Of a stretch of DNA of 64,000 nucleotides, positions 25,536 through 39,084 are shown one piece after another. Source of the DNA: Mobula hypostoma (Eukaryota); the NCBI RefSeq assembly GCF_963921235.1, contig NC_086097.1, positions 136,712,001 through 136,776,000 on the forward strand, read 5' to 3'. The notes beneath the pieces were generated by a model. It was not told the DNA's origin. It saw nothing but the letters and a program-made list of their open reading frames with translations, and made no database searches. How positions within the stretch are numbered: position 1 is the first letter of the stretch; every line of letters begins with the position of its first letter. The position numbers and the translations under genes are program-made.

Positions 25536-28500
25536 TAACCCCAGCCCTCCATTGCTGGAAACATTTCTGTGAATTTTTCCTCCACCCTTTTATCTTAATC
25601 ACATCCAAACCAGAACCACAGCACAATACACCAGCTATAACTTGGCATCCCAGTTCTCGTTCTCAGTGCCCCAACCAGTGAAGGCAAGCATGCCAAATCC
25701 CTTCTTCATCATAATCTCTAACTGAGTTACCAGTCCGTCTATACAACTGCTTCTTTTTTACTAAATCAGAGCCTCATTATCCCACACCAATCAGAGTTCC
25801 CTAATCATGTCAGCCGTGCCCTTCACTCTGATAGAAACATGCGGCCTTTAAGACTCTTTATCTCACATTTAAAACCCTCCCATTGCCAGATGTTTCTACC
25901 TGCTAACAGCCTCTCACAAACAATCTTTTGCAAGTTCCTGGCACATGCCATCAAAATTAGCCTTGCCCCAATTTACAACATTAATTTGTGAACTTTTTTC
26001 CCTATTTTTTCCATAATTATTTAAAAACTAATAGAATTACAATCCCTGGTCCCAAAATGCTTCCCCACTGACACACCAACAATTTGTCCAGCCTCATTTC
26101 CCAAGAGGTTAAATGTTGCTCCTCTCTATCAGTGCAAATTATGTATCACTTGAAAAAACATTCTTGGACACATTTCACAAATTTGCCCCTTTAATTGTTC
26201 CATCGAAAACGATAATTTAATTTTGTGAATAGATGTGCTTGTGGAACTAAATTCCTTCAGGACATCTATAAGAATGCAGAAACAACATGTCTGCAGTATA
26301 TGATAAACCCATTGCACCAGTTTATGTTTTGGGCAAATGCAAATTAGCTGAAGATCTGGCACTGCCAAAGATGAAAATTCACAAGCTTCTTCCTCATCCC
26401 ATTGAGCTCTCTTTATTGTGTTGCTCTACAAAGCTGTGTTCCACCCGGAAGCTGAGCTGACCACCTGCTGAACCAAGCTGTGACTCACCAGGATGTGGAC
26501 AATTGTGAACTACCCAGCACCAAAACAGCACAACTTTCTCATGGCTTGTGAAACTTTCACAACAGACTAGAGGCATTAGTATTCTGAAACAACACAGAAT
26601 TTACAGGAATATGCAGGTCAAACAACATTTGAGGAAGGAAGGCATCTGTCAGATGTTACACAATCTGCTGAACATTTCAGGTAACTTCCAGAAAAACTTA
26701 TTAGCGCCTTGGAAGCACATAACAGCATTGTGATCAGTTGGAGTACTATCTGGAGGCATGAATTACTGATGATAACTGAAAATTCCAGCTCAACAGGGGG
26801 AAATTTTAAAAAATCAAGTAATTGAGTAAATATCAAATAAATGAAAACTAATCTCAGGAAAGCTGATCGTAAAACTAGATTGTTTTAAAAATCCCCAAGG
26901 TTCCATAATGTCTTTCAGGGAATTAGGGGGTGGATCCAAGGCTCCTGCCAAAAGATCCCACACCACCAGGCTCAATTAAAATTATTATCCTTCAACCAAC
27001 AGGCTCCTGAACCAGCATGGATAACTTCACTCAACATTGAACTAATTTGACAACCTGTGGACTCACTTTCAAGGACTTTATAACTCATGTTCTCAGTATT
27101 ACTTATTTACTTATTTTTTATTTGTTTTTTTTCTGTATTTGCAGTTTGTCTATTGCACATTTGATTGTCAGTCTTTGCTTGTGTAGTTTTTCCACTGATT
27201 CTGTTATATTTCCTTTGTTCCACTGTGAATCCCAGCAAAAAAATGCATCTCACGGTGATAATAAATTTACTTTGAACTTTGATACATATTGTCCCAGTCA
27301 ACAATGCCTACATCCTGAGAACAAAATAAGAACTTTGGATTTAATCTTTCTTCCAACTTCATAGTAGAAGAGGATGAACTATTCAATTTGTTTCAATATT
27401 ATTGAATATTGTTCCTAGGAGTGGACAATACTGGGGGGGGGGGGGGGTAATTAAAACTGATCCTATGCCCCTGGACAAAGAGAAAAAAGTCCATTTAACT
27501 TGTCCACAAGTGTAAATCATGGGTTCCCATCCTCTTTTATGCCCTGGACCCTTACCATTTCTGAAGGGTCCGCAGACCCCAGGTTGGGAACCATTGGTGT
27601 TAATGATGGGGTGGCAAGTGAGGTGAATAGAATTGCCTTAGCTTCAATGAATTCCAGAATCAAGCAGCATTTGAGATACTGCACTGACACTCAATATGAG
27701 ATAAACACTACTGGTCTTGTTTCAGTAATAGTCAGAGTCTGCAGGAAATGGCAACTATTCAGGAATTGTGCGGAATTAAAATGTGAGAAATTTTTTTAAA
27801 TCAGTAATTTTACAAATGAAACAAGGCACCAACCCTTATCTCAATGATTCTATGACTATTCTTTTAAATACTATCATATTACCTAATGATTCTACACTAT
27901 AAATCCAGTAATTACAGACTTCTCAGTAGCCTTGTTCATGCATCATTGGACATTTTGTTAGCTTGGCAGCATACCAGGCAACTATTAATTCACAACTCTA
28001 TTATAATCCAATCATCTTTATATTCATACATAAATACCTTATAAGTCCAGACTGTATTCTATAAATGAAAATCAAAAGCCTGAACTAACAGGCTTAAAAA
28101 AAAGTGCCAATTTGTGGCATGCCAGTCAGTCAATGTTGTGCATATATGCAAAATACATTGGAATGACATATAAAGCAAACTAACACTGCATTAGAAAGAC
28201 TTCAACAAAGCACAGGAGCAAAATGTCAGTTGCTTCTTTAAAATTCCTCCATATAGACAGAGATAATAATCCAGTATATATTGTTTCAAAATGTAACTTT
28301 ATAGCCTGAAGTTAATTCAATAATACATCCATGAAGATGAGAATTTCAATACATTTTAGAAGTAATTCAAATTATTTATACATCAGCCCAAAAAAGATTA
28401 CCCCATGCTCGTACAATATTTATAGTGAAGTAAAATTTGGGTTTGATTTGTACAACGTGCAGATAAAGAGGGGTAAGAATACAAAAAACTAGAATGCCTT

Positions 28501-29121
28501 TGGCAAGAAACATGCTATTTAATAGGTTTGGATATGGATTCAAATTTGCAGTTCTTGATCACAATGAGAACTTTTCTTCAATTAGACATTTTAGCATGAA
28601 GTGACATTTGCTCAAGGACACAAGCATGGATCTCCAAATATAACCATTTGATTCTTCTTGCTTGTTAATGGTGAGTGGGGAGGCGAAAAGAACAAAATAT
28701 ATTCTCCATGAAGAGAAAGGTTTGTTTTCTAAGTTATATCACAGATACATAGAACCAAATGATTTTCAAAAGAAACCATTTGTCTGTATCTGCCTTATTC
28801 TACTGTCATATAATAACCAACTGATTCCTGCCAGTATAGATTTGATGGGCCTCATATTTATGATGAATTCGGAGAAACTGCTGTCTATATTCTACCTTAA
28901 AACTAAATTTCAAAACTAGCTCAATGACTGCAAATTACTCATGGCCACAGTTCCTGAAGAGCTTGTCATAGAAGCAGGGACAAAGTAAACGCAAGACTTT
29001 TTTTTCCTTTTCCTGTCAGTTCCAATTAAAATTATAGAGTCACAGAGCATGGAAACAGGTTCTTCAACCCACTAGATCTATGTCGACCATCAAGCACTCA
29101 CGTACACTAATTCCACACCTC

Positions 29122-31960
29122 AGTGAGTTTCACGTCCGCCACGACACTGAACTCTTCTTCCGCCCCCTCCATCTCTGAACCTATTTCATTGGCAAGGACT
29201 CCCCACCCCGCACCAATGACCCCTTCTCCCATCTTCGGCCCTCCTCCTCTTCCTGGACACCCCTCCTGGTCTTCTGCCTGCTCTGGACTTTTTTATTGCC
29301 AACTGCCAACGGGACATTAACCATCTAGACTTCAACACTCGCCTCTCCTATTCCAACCTCACTCCTTCCATACACTCGGCTCTCCACTCCCTCTGCACCA
29401 ATCCTAACCTCACCATCTAACCCGTAGATAAGGGAGGTGTTGTTGTAATCTGGCAGACCGACCTCTACACCTTGCTGAGGCCCAGTGCCAACTCTCAGAC
29501 ATCTCCTCTTACTTACCCCTCAAAAACAGGACCCCACTAAGGAACACCAGGCCATTGTCCTGCACACCATCACGAACCTTATGGACTCTGGTGATCTCCC
29601 ATCCACTGCCACCAACCTCATAGTTCCCGTACTTCCCATTTCTACCTCCTACCCAAAATCCACAAACATGCCTGTCCAGGTAGACCCATTGTTTCAGCTT
29701 GTTTCTGCTCCACTGAACTCATATCAGTATACCTCGAATCTGTTTCATCCCCCTAATTCAGTCCCTTCCTACCAACACCTGTGACACTTCACACACTCTG
29801 AACCTTTTCAATGATTTCAGGTTCCCTGGCCCCCATCATCTTATTTATACTATGGATGTCCAGTCCCTATACCTCCATCTCCCACCAGGAAGGCTCCAAA
29901 GCTCTGCTTTTTTCTGGATACCAGACCGAACCAATTCCCCTCCACCACCACCCTCTTCCACCTAGCAGACTTGTCCACACTCTAAATAAAATTTCTCATT
30001 TGGCTCCTCCCATTTCCTTCAAACAAAAGGTGTAGCCATGGGCACTCGCATGGGTCCCACGTGTGCCTGTCTGTTGGTCGGCTACGTGGAACAGTCTATG
30101 TTCCAAGCCTACACTGGTGACTGTCCTGCACTTTTCCTACGCTACATCGACGACTGCATTGGTGCTACTTCCTACACCCATGCTGAACTCACTGACTTCA
30201 TCGACTTTGCCGCCAACTTCCAGCCTGTCCTCAAATTTACCTGGTCCATTTCCGACACCTTCCTCCCTTTTCTTGATTTCACTGTCTCTATGTCCGGAGA
30301 CAGTTTTTCCACTTATGTCTAATATGAACCCACAGACTACCTGGACTATAGCTTGTCCCACCCTGTTACTTGTAAAAACACCACCAGCTTCTCTCAATTC
30401 CTCTGTCTCTTCCGCATCATTTCCACCACACGCTGTTGGAGCAGTGCTGCCAGGATAATCAAGGACACAACCCACCCAGCCAACACACTTTTCGTCCCTC
30501 TTCCCTCTGGGAGAAGGCTCAGGAGCTTGAAGACTCGTACGGCCAGATTTGGGAACAGCTTCTTTTTCCGACTGTGATAAGACTGCTGAACGGATCCTGA
30601 CCCAGATCTGGGCCGTACTCTCCAATTATATGGACCTGCCTCTCGGTTTTTTTTGCATTACCTTACTTTCCCTTTTCTATTTTCTATTTATGATTTATAA
30701 TTTAAATTTTTAATATTTACTATTGATTTGTACTCCAGGGAGCGCGAAGTGCAGAATCAAATATCGCTGTGATGATTGTACGTTCTAGTATCAATTGTTT
30801 GGCAATAATAAAGTATAAAGTATCTGCTTTTAGGTTGATGCTTTTCATTCTAAAACGAAGGAGATGTCCTCCCTTTTCAAAGAAAGGGGCTTTCCTCCCT
30901 CCACCATCAACGCTGCTCTCAAACGCATCTCCCCCATTTCATACACGTCTGTTCTTACCCCATCCTCCCACCACCCTACCAGGGATAGGGTTCCTCTTAT
31001 CCTCACCTACCACCCCACTATCCTCCACATCCAGCACATAATTCTCTGTAACTTCAGCCAACTCCAACGGGATCCCACCACCAAGCACATTTTTCCCTCC
31101 CATCTTTCTGCTTTCCACAGGGATCGCTCCCTCTGGGACTCCCTTGTCCATTCATCCCCTCCCCACTGATCTCCCTCCTGGCACTTATCCTTGCAAGCGG
31201 AACAAGTGCTACACCTGTCCATATACCTCCTCCCTCATTACCATTCAGGGTCCAAAACATTTCTCCCAGGTGAGGCGACACTTCACCTGTGAGTCTCCTG
31301 GAGTTATATACTCTGTTCGACACTCTGGTGTGGCCTCCTGTATATCGGTGAGACCTGACGTAGATTGGGAGACCACTTTGCCAAGTACCTACGCTCCATC
31401 CACCAGAAAAAGTAGGATCTCCCAGTGGCCACCCATTTTAAATCCACTTCTAATTCCCATTCTGATATGTCCATCCATGGCCTCCTCCACTATCATGATG
31501 AGGTCGCACTTGGGTTGGAAAAACAACTCCTCATATTCCACTTGGGTAGCCTCCAACCTGATGGCATGAACACCGATTTTTCTAACTTCTGGTAATGCCC
31601 CCCAACATGCCCCCCCTTCACCATTTCCCACTCTCACCTTATCTCCTTGCCTGCCTATCGCCTCCTTCCGGTGCTCCTTCCCCTTTTCTTTCTTCCATGG
31701 CCTTCAGTCTCTTTTACCAATCAACTTCCAGCTCCTTACTTCATCACTGCCCCTCCAGGCTTCACCTATAACTTTGTGTTTCTCTCTCCCCTCCCCCAAC
31801 CTTTAAAACCTACTCCTTAGCCTTTTTTCTCCAGTCCTGCTAAAGGGTTTTGGCCCAAAATGTCGACTGTACACTTTTCCAAAGATGCTGCCCGGCCTGC
31901 TGAGTTCTTCCAGCTTTTTGTGTATGTTGCTTGGGTTTCCAGCACCTGCAGATTTTCTCT
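29122..31960 (+). mobile_element. Decayed Penelope-like element (RT plus GIY-YIG endonuclease)
   Basis: AMGTRMGP..ACL.VGYVEQ and FLRYIDDC RT motifs; RDRVPLILTYHP; CKRNKCYTC; VIY...GLLYIGET GIY-YIG region near 31300-31360; pyrimidine-rich 3' region and terminal repeat. Confidence 0.9.
30419..30820 (+). mobile_element. Rex1-like LINE 3' end inserted into the Penelope ORF
   Basis: ARIIKDTTHPANTLFVPLPSGRRLRSLKTRTARFGNSFF plus 3' UTR and (TAAAG) tail; splits Penelope SQFL.L.RI|C with ATC on both sides. Confidence 0.82.
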
Positions 31961-32784
31961 TGTTTTCCATTTTATTCTCTCCATTCTACCTCTCATCTAC
32001 ACACTCAGGGCAATTCACAGGGGACAATTAACCTACCAGCATTTTCAGGATGAGGAAGCCAGAGTACCTGGAGGAAACCCACACAGTCACAAGAAGAACA
32101 TGCAAATTCTACAGATAGCACCTGAGGTCAGAATTGAACAAGCCAGAGCTCCATTAGCTGCTTCATTGTGCTGCTGCAGTATTGGACCACTGACACTATT
32201 TCACCCAAATGGAGAATATTTTCCATGTACAATCGAGACTGAACAATAATTCTGTCGGTATCTAGATCCATCAGTGCAAATGCTAGAAATCCAGAACAAA
32301 AAAGGGAAACACTCAGCAGATCAGGCAGGACCAGTGGGGAGAGATACAGAGCCAATGCTTCAATAACTCTTCATCAGAAGCAGAAAACTAGCATTTTTAA
32401 TTCAGAGAGAAATGGAGGGGTTGAGAGACCAGAGTCTGTGATTGTGTTAAACTAATTACACTAAGACCTCAATATTTGCTGACTTACTGTGGATGCACAT
32501 ATTAGTAGTGAATCTGTGCAATTTGTTGCCACAGGTGGCTGTGGTGGCCAAGTCATTAAGTATATTTAAGGCAGGGGTTGACAGATTAGTCAGGGCATGA
32601 AGAGATACGAGAAGGCAGGAAATTGGTGCTGAGAGGGAAGTGAATCAGTCATGATGAAATGGCAGAGCAGACTTGATGGGCCAACTGGCCTAATTCTTTT
32701 CTCCCATTTATCTCCTGCCTTATAATTTTAATTTCACCCATTTTGTTTTTAAAGACAATAGAAGCTACTTTAATTCCTACTCAC

Positions 32785-32952
32785 CTTCTTTACCTTCCGC
32801 CTTTTCCAACATCCCATTCACTATGGTGACAGCAGCAGCCCCATTTATCTGACCAGCTGAATGGATCAGATTTGCCTTGCAGCCTCCCTGGCCATCATTC
32901 TGGACCAACAGGTAATAACCAGAAATCTCTCCTTTCAACTCAATCTCTGGAA
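32785..32952 (-). CDS. MTBP: MTBP coding exon (~exon 12), PEIELKGEISGYYLLVQNDGQGGCKANLIHSAGQINGAAAVTIVNGMLEKAEGKE(G)
   Basis: tacttccag acceptor, G|gtgagt donor, 168 nt. KGE..YYLL.Q...CKA.LIHSA.QING motif. Confidence 0.93.
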
Positions 32953-34141
32953 CTGGAAGTAAACAAGAAATTTGGTGCACTGAAGGTGAAACATAAAACA
33001 GTTAGTGCAAAAACCTGGGTTTTTATCATCAATCCAGCTGCATTAAACTTCATTCCATTTGACTGCTTTTATTTGCTTTCCTACTATTTTACAACATCAA
33101 TAGACTGCCAGTTCCCAGCACTGACTAAGAATGGCCTTTGTACAATGCCTGAAGTCCATTTATAGGAAACTTTGAATACTTACACTGGGAGACAAATTCT
33201 TTATTTGCTAGGTTTCCACATACAAATGTGAGGGGAAACTGCTAAATATAATAACACGCACAATGGAGACTGGAAGCAAAACTTACAGAACATGAACTTC
33301 AATTCAAAATTAGTTCTTGTGGGTAATTATTAAAAGCTAAATTAACTTCACTGGTAGTAAGCGCCACAGCTTCTGCAAATCTTTCACCATTCCAGTTGTA
33401 CGGCCACTTGATGGGCTTTACCTTCAAAAGTATTTTATCTCTCTTGCCGACACCCTCCTTCCCAAAAGGTCGGGCTATGGTTTGGGAAAGATAATACACA
33501 GTGAATGAAGTGGCATTGTACTAAGTTGATCACCCTTGCCGCAGCAATATCTATTTGGCTGAAGCAACTGTGCAAAAAGGACTTGTAGGAGAATCTCTTA
33601 ATACCCCATTACTAACCACATGGACAGATCATGGTGCCACATCCAGACCCTCACATCATTCCTTGGCCCATTCTCAGGGTTGTTTGTACTTATAGTTGAA
33701 ACAAAATCACCATGTCTCCGACAAGAGGTGAAGTATAGGCAGGACATTCAGCTAGCACATCAAGCTGCACAATCTCAAAATAGGGACTTAGACATTACTC
33801 CTTGGGATGACATTTAGAGCATCAGTAGTAAGACAAAGGTGAAAGCAGTAATTGCATCAATTAAATATGATTACAATCAAGATTAATCTAGATTATATTT
33901 TTAATCACCAATTAAGATTATTGTCAAACATTGCTTGGCAGCTTCAAAAAAAATTGAGACAATCAAGTCATAAAGAATTAAGCAATTAAAGGGGAGCAAG
34001 GAATGGACAACAATGAACTTAGGTCAAACTAGAGTTCTTAAAAGTATACCCACTAAATATACAGATGTTCCCATGTTCACACACTGACCCATGTTGTGAC
34101 TGATATATCTGAATCATTTTATCATGGATTAAAATTATAAA

Positions 34142-34652
34142 ATGGCTCAATGGAGGGTGCAGAGGAGGTTCCCAAGAATGATACCAGGAATGAAAGGATT
34201 AACGTACGAGGAGTGTTTGATGACTCTGGACCTGTACTTGCTAGAATTAAGAAGAATGAGGTGGAATCTCATTGAAACCTTTCGAATATTGAAAGCCCAA
34301 GATAGAGTGGCTATGGCGAGGACGTTTCCTGTAGTGGGTGAGTCTAGGACCAGAGGGCACAGCCTCAGAATAGAGGGATATCCATTTAGAACATAAATGA
34401 GAAAAATTCCTTTAACCCAAGGGTTGTGAATCTGTGGAATTTATTACCACCAACAACTGTGGAAGCTAAGTTATTGAATATAATTAAAGCAGTAGTTGAT
34501 AGGTTCTTGTTTAGTCAGGGTGTCAAAGGTTACAGAGTGAAGGGAAGAGGATGGGGTTAAAAGGAATAATAAATCAGCCATAATCGAATGGAGAAGCAGA
34601 TTCAGTTGGCTGAGTGGTCTATTTGTTCTCCTATGTCTTATGGTCTTATTGT
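34142..34652 (+). mobile_element. CR1-type LINE 3' fragment
   Basis: RVQRRFPRMIPGMKGLTYEE...SRTRGHSLRIEG, then CR1 3' UTR ending CTTATGGTCTTAT. Confidence 0.88.
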
Positions 34653-34914
34653 CCTACAACTCATGTTCTTAGGTTATTTTTTACTTGCACAGTTTGTCTT
34701 CTTTAGCACATTGGTTGTCTGTCAGTCTTTGTTTAGTATAGTTTGCTTTGTATTTCTTTTCTCCCTGCAAATGCCTGCAAGAAAATGAACCTGAAGCTAG
34801 TCTATGATAACACATTGATTAATTAATAACATATAATTTGTAATAAATGTACTTTGAACTCTGAAGGAACAATAGAATAGAATTTCTTTGCTATTCTAAC
34901 CTGGACAATGAGAA

Positions 34915-35215
34915 ACACAGTGGCACAGCTGGTCGAGCTGATGCCTCACAGCCCTAGTGATACTGGTTCAATTCCGACCTTGAGTGCTGAGTAGAGTTTA
35001 CACATTTCCTTGTGATCGTGTGTGCTTCCCCTGGGCGCGCCAATTTCCTCCAAAGGTGCAGAGGTTGGTGGGTTAACTGGACACTGTAAATTTTCCTTAG
35101 TGGAGGAGAATTGTATGAAGTGATGGGAACGTGAGAATATTTTGGGATTAGTGTAAATGTGTGGTTGACGGTCAGTGGGTGATCCAAAGGGTCAGTTTAC
35201 ATGCTGTACACACTA
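34915..35215 (+). mobile_element. V-SINE/HE1-like SINE
   Basis: GGTTCAATTCC B-box and V-domain-like core. Related copies at ~32000-32170 (-) and ~63020-63300 (+). Confidence 0.7.
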
Positions 35216-35989
35216 TGACCTGATTTCATGACTAAAAATAAAGTACAGTACAACCTATAAATGGCTGCTACTGATGAATCCAGGGCATTAGTTAAAAACT
35301 ATAAATAAACTCCTTTTTCAGGATGTTGATATAAGCAGTTTGAAACTTTGTTAAATTATCTACCTCTGTTATCAGAGGAGAAATAGCAAAGGTGAATCAG
35401 GTTGTAAAATGTTATTGAAAATTTACCAGCACAATTTGCTTCCAGCATTCATTAACTACAAGCAGCAGTTGATAAAAGAAGATCAAATTTTTGTAGGTAA
35501 ATTGAGCAGATCTCATTTCTACATGCAGTGGTTGTTTACACTGACTTGTGGAATCACATAAAGTACTCTATGTGGAATGGAAGGAAGTCAGTTGGCATCA
35601 TGGCAATTGAATATAAGACCAATTCAGCTGGTTTCATTTACTTTCCCTTTCACTATAACTCTGCAACCTGTTACCCAGTTCCTTATTGAATGCCGCAAGT
35701 AAGGTACCTCCACTATCCCCTAAGAAATTCATTCCAAATTGTAACCATGCACTGCAAAAAAAGTCTTACTAACTTCCACCATGTTATTATAGACTTTATC
35801 ACAAGGTAGCTCTGAATATTGCAAGGCACTCACTGTCTAGAAAAACAAAAATATAGAAAAATCTTCAACAGTTTCAACTACTCTACAACATATGGGATCC
35901 AGCACGTTGCAATGTCTTCAAAGTGAATCTACAGTAAATAATTACAAAACCTTTACCATATTCTTTATAATTTAAGAACGTTACACATA

Positions 35990-36404
35990 AACTCAGTGTC
36001 CACTTTATTAGGTACACCTGCTCATTAGTGCAAATATCATATCAGCAACTCAATGCATAAACGCATAGAGTCATGGTCAAGGGGTTCAGTTGTTGTTCAG
36101 AGCAGAGATCAGGATGGGGAAGAAATGTGATCTGAGTGACTTTGATCATGGAATAATCAAACATGGGATGGCTTGAAATCTCAGAAACTGCTGATCTTCT
36201 GGGATTTTCAAGCACAACAGTCTTTATAAAGTTTACAGAGAATGATGCGAAAAACAAAAAAAATCCAGTAAGCAGCAGTACTGTGGGCAGAAATGCCTTG
36301 TTAATGAGAGAGGTCAAAAGAGAATGACTACACTGGTCCAAACTGACAGTAACTCAAGTAACCATGTGTTACAGGAGGTACCTAATAAACAGGCCAGAGT
36401 GTAC
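35990..36404 (+). mobile_element. Second copy of the same deleted Tc1-like family
   Basis: Starts ACTCAGTGTCCACTTTATTAGGTACACCT and ends GGTACCTAATAAAC..CCAGAGTGTA; reverse-complement similarity to 3341-3879. Confidence 0.8.
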
Positions 36405-36569
36405 ATACTCATTAATCCAGTATCAAACATAAATTGACCATAATGAAAAAATATAGAAACAGGAGTAGGCAATTTAATTAGGTCATGATAGATCTACACT
36501 CTGTCTTCATCCATCTGCCTTGGTTATTTGCTCAAATGAAATACTGAATGCAGGGCTAACTCAATTACT

Positions 36570-37560
36570 TCTTCATCATCATGTGTCTTGCGCGTTACAC
36601 GCTTGGGCGATCATGGCTCTCCATATCAAACGATCCTTCGCAGTGTCAATGATATCTCACACACTTAGATCTGTTAGTTCTTTCACAGTGTCCATATATT
36701 TTCTTCTTTGCCTTCCTCTTCTGCATTTCCCAGGCATACGGCCTTGTAACGTAAGGCATTCTATTTCTCTCTTTCTAATGACATGGCCTAGGTATTTAAC
36801 TTTCCTCTCATTTAATGTTCTCATGAAAGATCTTTTTGTATGGGCACGTTGGAGTACTGTCTCATTAGTTACCCTATCTCTCTATGATATTTTCAGTATT
36901 CTTCTAAGAAACCACATTTCTGTTGCTTCTAACTTTCTTTGGAGTTCTGGTGTTATAGTCCATGTTTCAGAAGCATACAGCAAGATTGACCAGATGTAAC
37001 ATTTTAGTAGCCTAAGGCTTGCTGTCATAGAAATGTGTCTGTTGGTAAAAATGGGTTTCACTTTTTGGAAGTTAGTTTTGGCAATGGTAATTCTTCTTTT
37101 TATTTCTACTTTACTTCTAGCATCTTGTGATATAAAGCTACCAAGGTAATTAAGGCTGGTCTTTTGTTCAATCTCTTGGTTACCGACATACAATTGGCGA
37201 TTGGGAGTAGCCTGTTGTTTTGATATTACCATACATTTGGTTTTTTTTTTACAGTTGATGGTTAGACCAAAATCTGTACTTGTTTGTACTACTTTGTCTA
37301 GGAGGATTTGTAGGTCTTCTTCAGCAGTTGCTATTAGGGTGGTATCCTTTGCAAATCTTATATTGTTGATGTTAACACCTCCAATTTTTATCCCATCTAG
37401 GTCTTCTATTTTTCTGAGAATCATTTCACTATAGATATTAAGTAATTCCGGTGAGGCAACGCATCCCTGTCTAACTCTTCTTTGAATTTTAGTCCAACTG
37501 CACATACTATCATCAATTTTTACTGCCGCCGTTTGATTCCAATATGAATTTTGCAGCAGT
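36570..37560 (-). mobile_element. RTE-clade LINE 3' fragment
   Basis: ORF 36882-37595: RQGC..SP.L.N.Y.E, GG.NINNIRFA.DT.L, YLGS, LLYASETW, EMWFLRRILKIS; short (TGA)n tail near 36572. Confidence 0.9.
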
Positions 37561-37956
37561 TGTTGCTCCCTTCCCTCAATGCTTAGCAAACTCAATTACT
37601 AGGCATGCAAAATAGTAACAATTTTTTTTGAAATGAAGAAAGTAAGCTGGAAAACACTGACTTTGAGCAGTAATCAAAAGTGACAGAATTGCACAAATGC
37701 TAACAATACTCTGCAGGTCAGAAAGGTCATTAACCTGAAACCTTAACTGTTTCTTTGTCCAGAGATACTCCCTGACCAAATGAGCATTTCAATAATTTTC
37801 TGCACTTAATGCTTTTTAGCTCAATAACTCACACAGTGATGTTAATATATCAAGGAAAATATCTAAACTCAAATGAATACAGAGAAAATATAATCAGGCT
37901 TTGATGCAAAATGGGCATAAGGTTATTATTGTCAAAGTATAGGTTTACAAACCCAC

Positions 37957-38074
37957 CATTAATGCACTTTGGCTTCTTTGCCATATATTCCTTCCACTTC
38001 CGTGTACTGTACTGGTTGGCTGGAGGAATCACAGTACTGCTCACTGTACAAGAGAGGCTAAAAAGTGCCCCGAC
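37957..38074 (-). CDS. MTBP: MTBP coding exon (~exon 11), [39 protein letters not shown](V)
   Basis: tacttcag acceptor, G|gtgggt donor, 118 nt. VGALF and RKWKEY.AKKPK motifs. Confidence 0.93.
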
Positions 38075-39084
38075 CTGAAGTACAGGTAGAATATTGGAAT
38101 TAAACCATACACTTGAATCAGTTATCATTTACAATACAGATGTTGAATGTGCATGAATAATAAGACAGTAGTAAATTACCTGCACTCTCTTTTCAATGTG
38201 TAGAATCAGGGAAAAGGAAATTAATTTCACTACACAGAAATTAATCAGACAATAACAATCATTCTACAATTACCATAATGGAAGAGTTTATCACCAGTCA
38301 TTCTCCTGTGATACAGATACTTAGTAGTCAACATGGAGTCCATAGGGAAGTGTTAATAGTGGTGAATTTCTAAAAAAGCAATATGACAGCATGGACACTC
38401 AAAATACTTTTAGAGGTGGCAGCAGGTTGTTGCAGGAAAGGGTCTACAAGATAAGAGGTTAGCTGAAGAGTTCCATATATAACTATATTAATCTCTGTAC
38501 CAGCTCTAACGAGTGAATTCAGTGGTTCAAACAAAAAACTGCTCAATGGCAAAACCTAGCAAGAAAATGCAGTATTTTAGAGTCATTTTTAACTAGCCAT
38601 TTCCCATAAGAACATCATATTCACTACTGAATATCACAGTTGATCTTCAGTTCACCTATTTCACCTACTCCACTGCCTCTCCCCAACTACTTTCCATTAT
38701 CCCTCAAATCCTCGAGTTCCAAAACTCCATTAATCTCAGTGTCAAGTGTAATCAGTGATTGAGATTCACTGAACCCAAATTAGAGAATTCTAAGGATATC
38801 CCACTCCAAATAAAGAAATTTTAAATGGACTAACCCTGCCAGCAAGATCATTCACCATAGTTTTAAATTAATCAAGCTACAGGACATACCACACACCCCA
38901 TCACCATTGTCTTAAATTTCTTAGAGAATCTCCTCTTCAGTTAGGACAACCCTCATTCTTCTAAACTCTAGTGAGTTTAGTTTAGACCAAAATTATCCAA
39001 ATCTCTCTATTATTCAACAAACCCTTCAGTCTAGCAAATTCCTGCGGCACTGACTCCGAAGCACACTTATCCTTTTAGAAGATC

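Noticed and set aside
27433..27447. Poly-G tract
   Set aside because: Simple homopolymer whose length is assembly-error prone; no supporting context.
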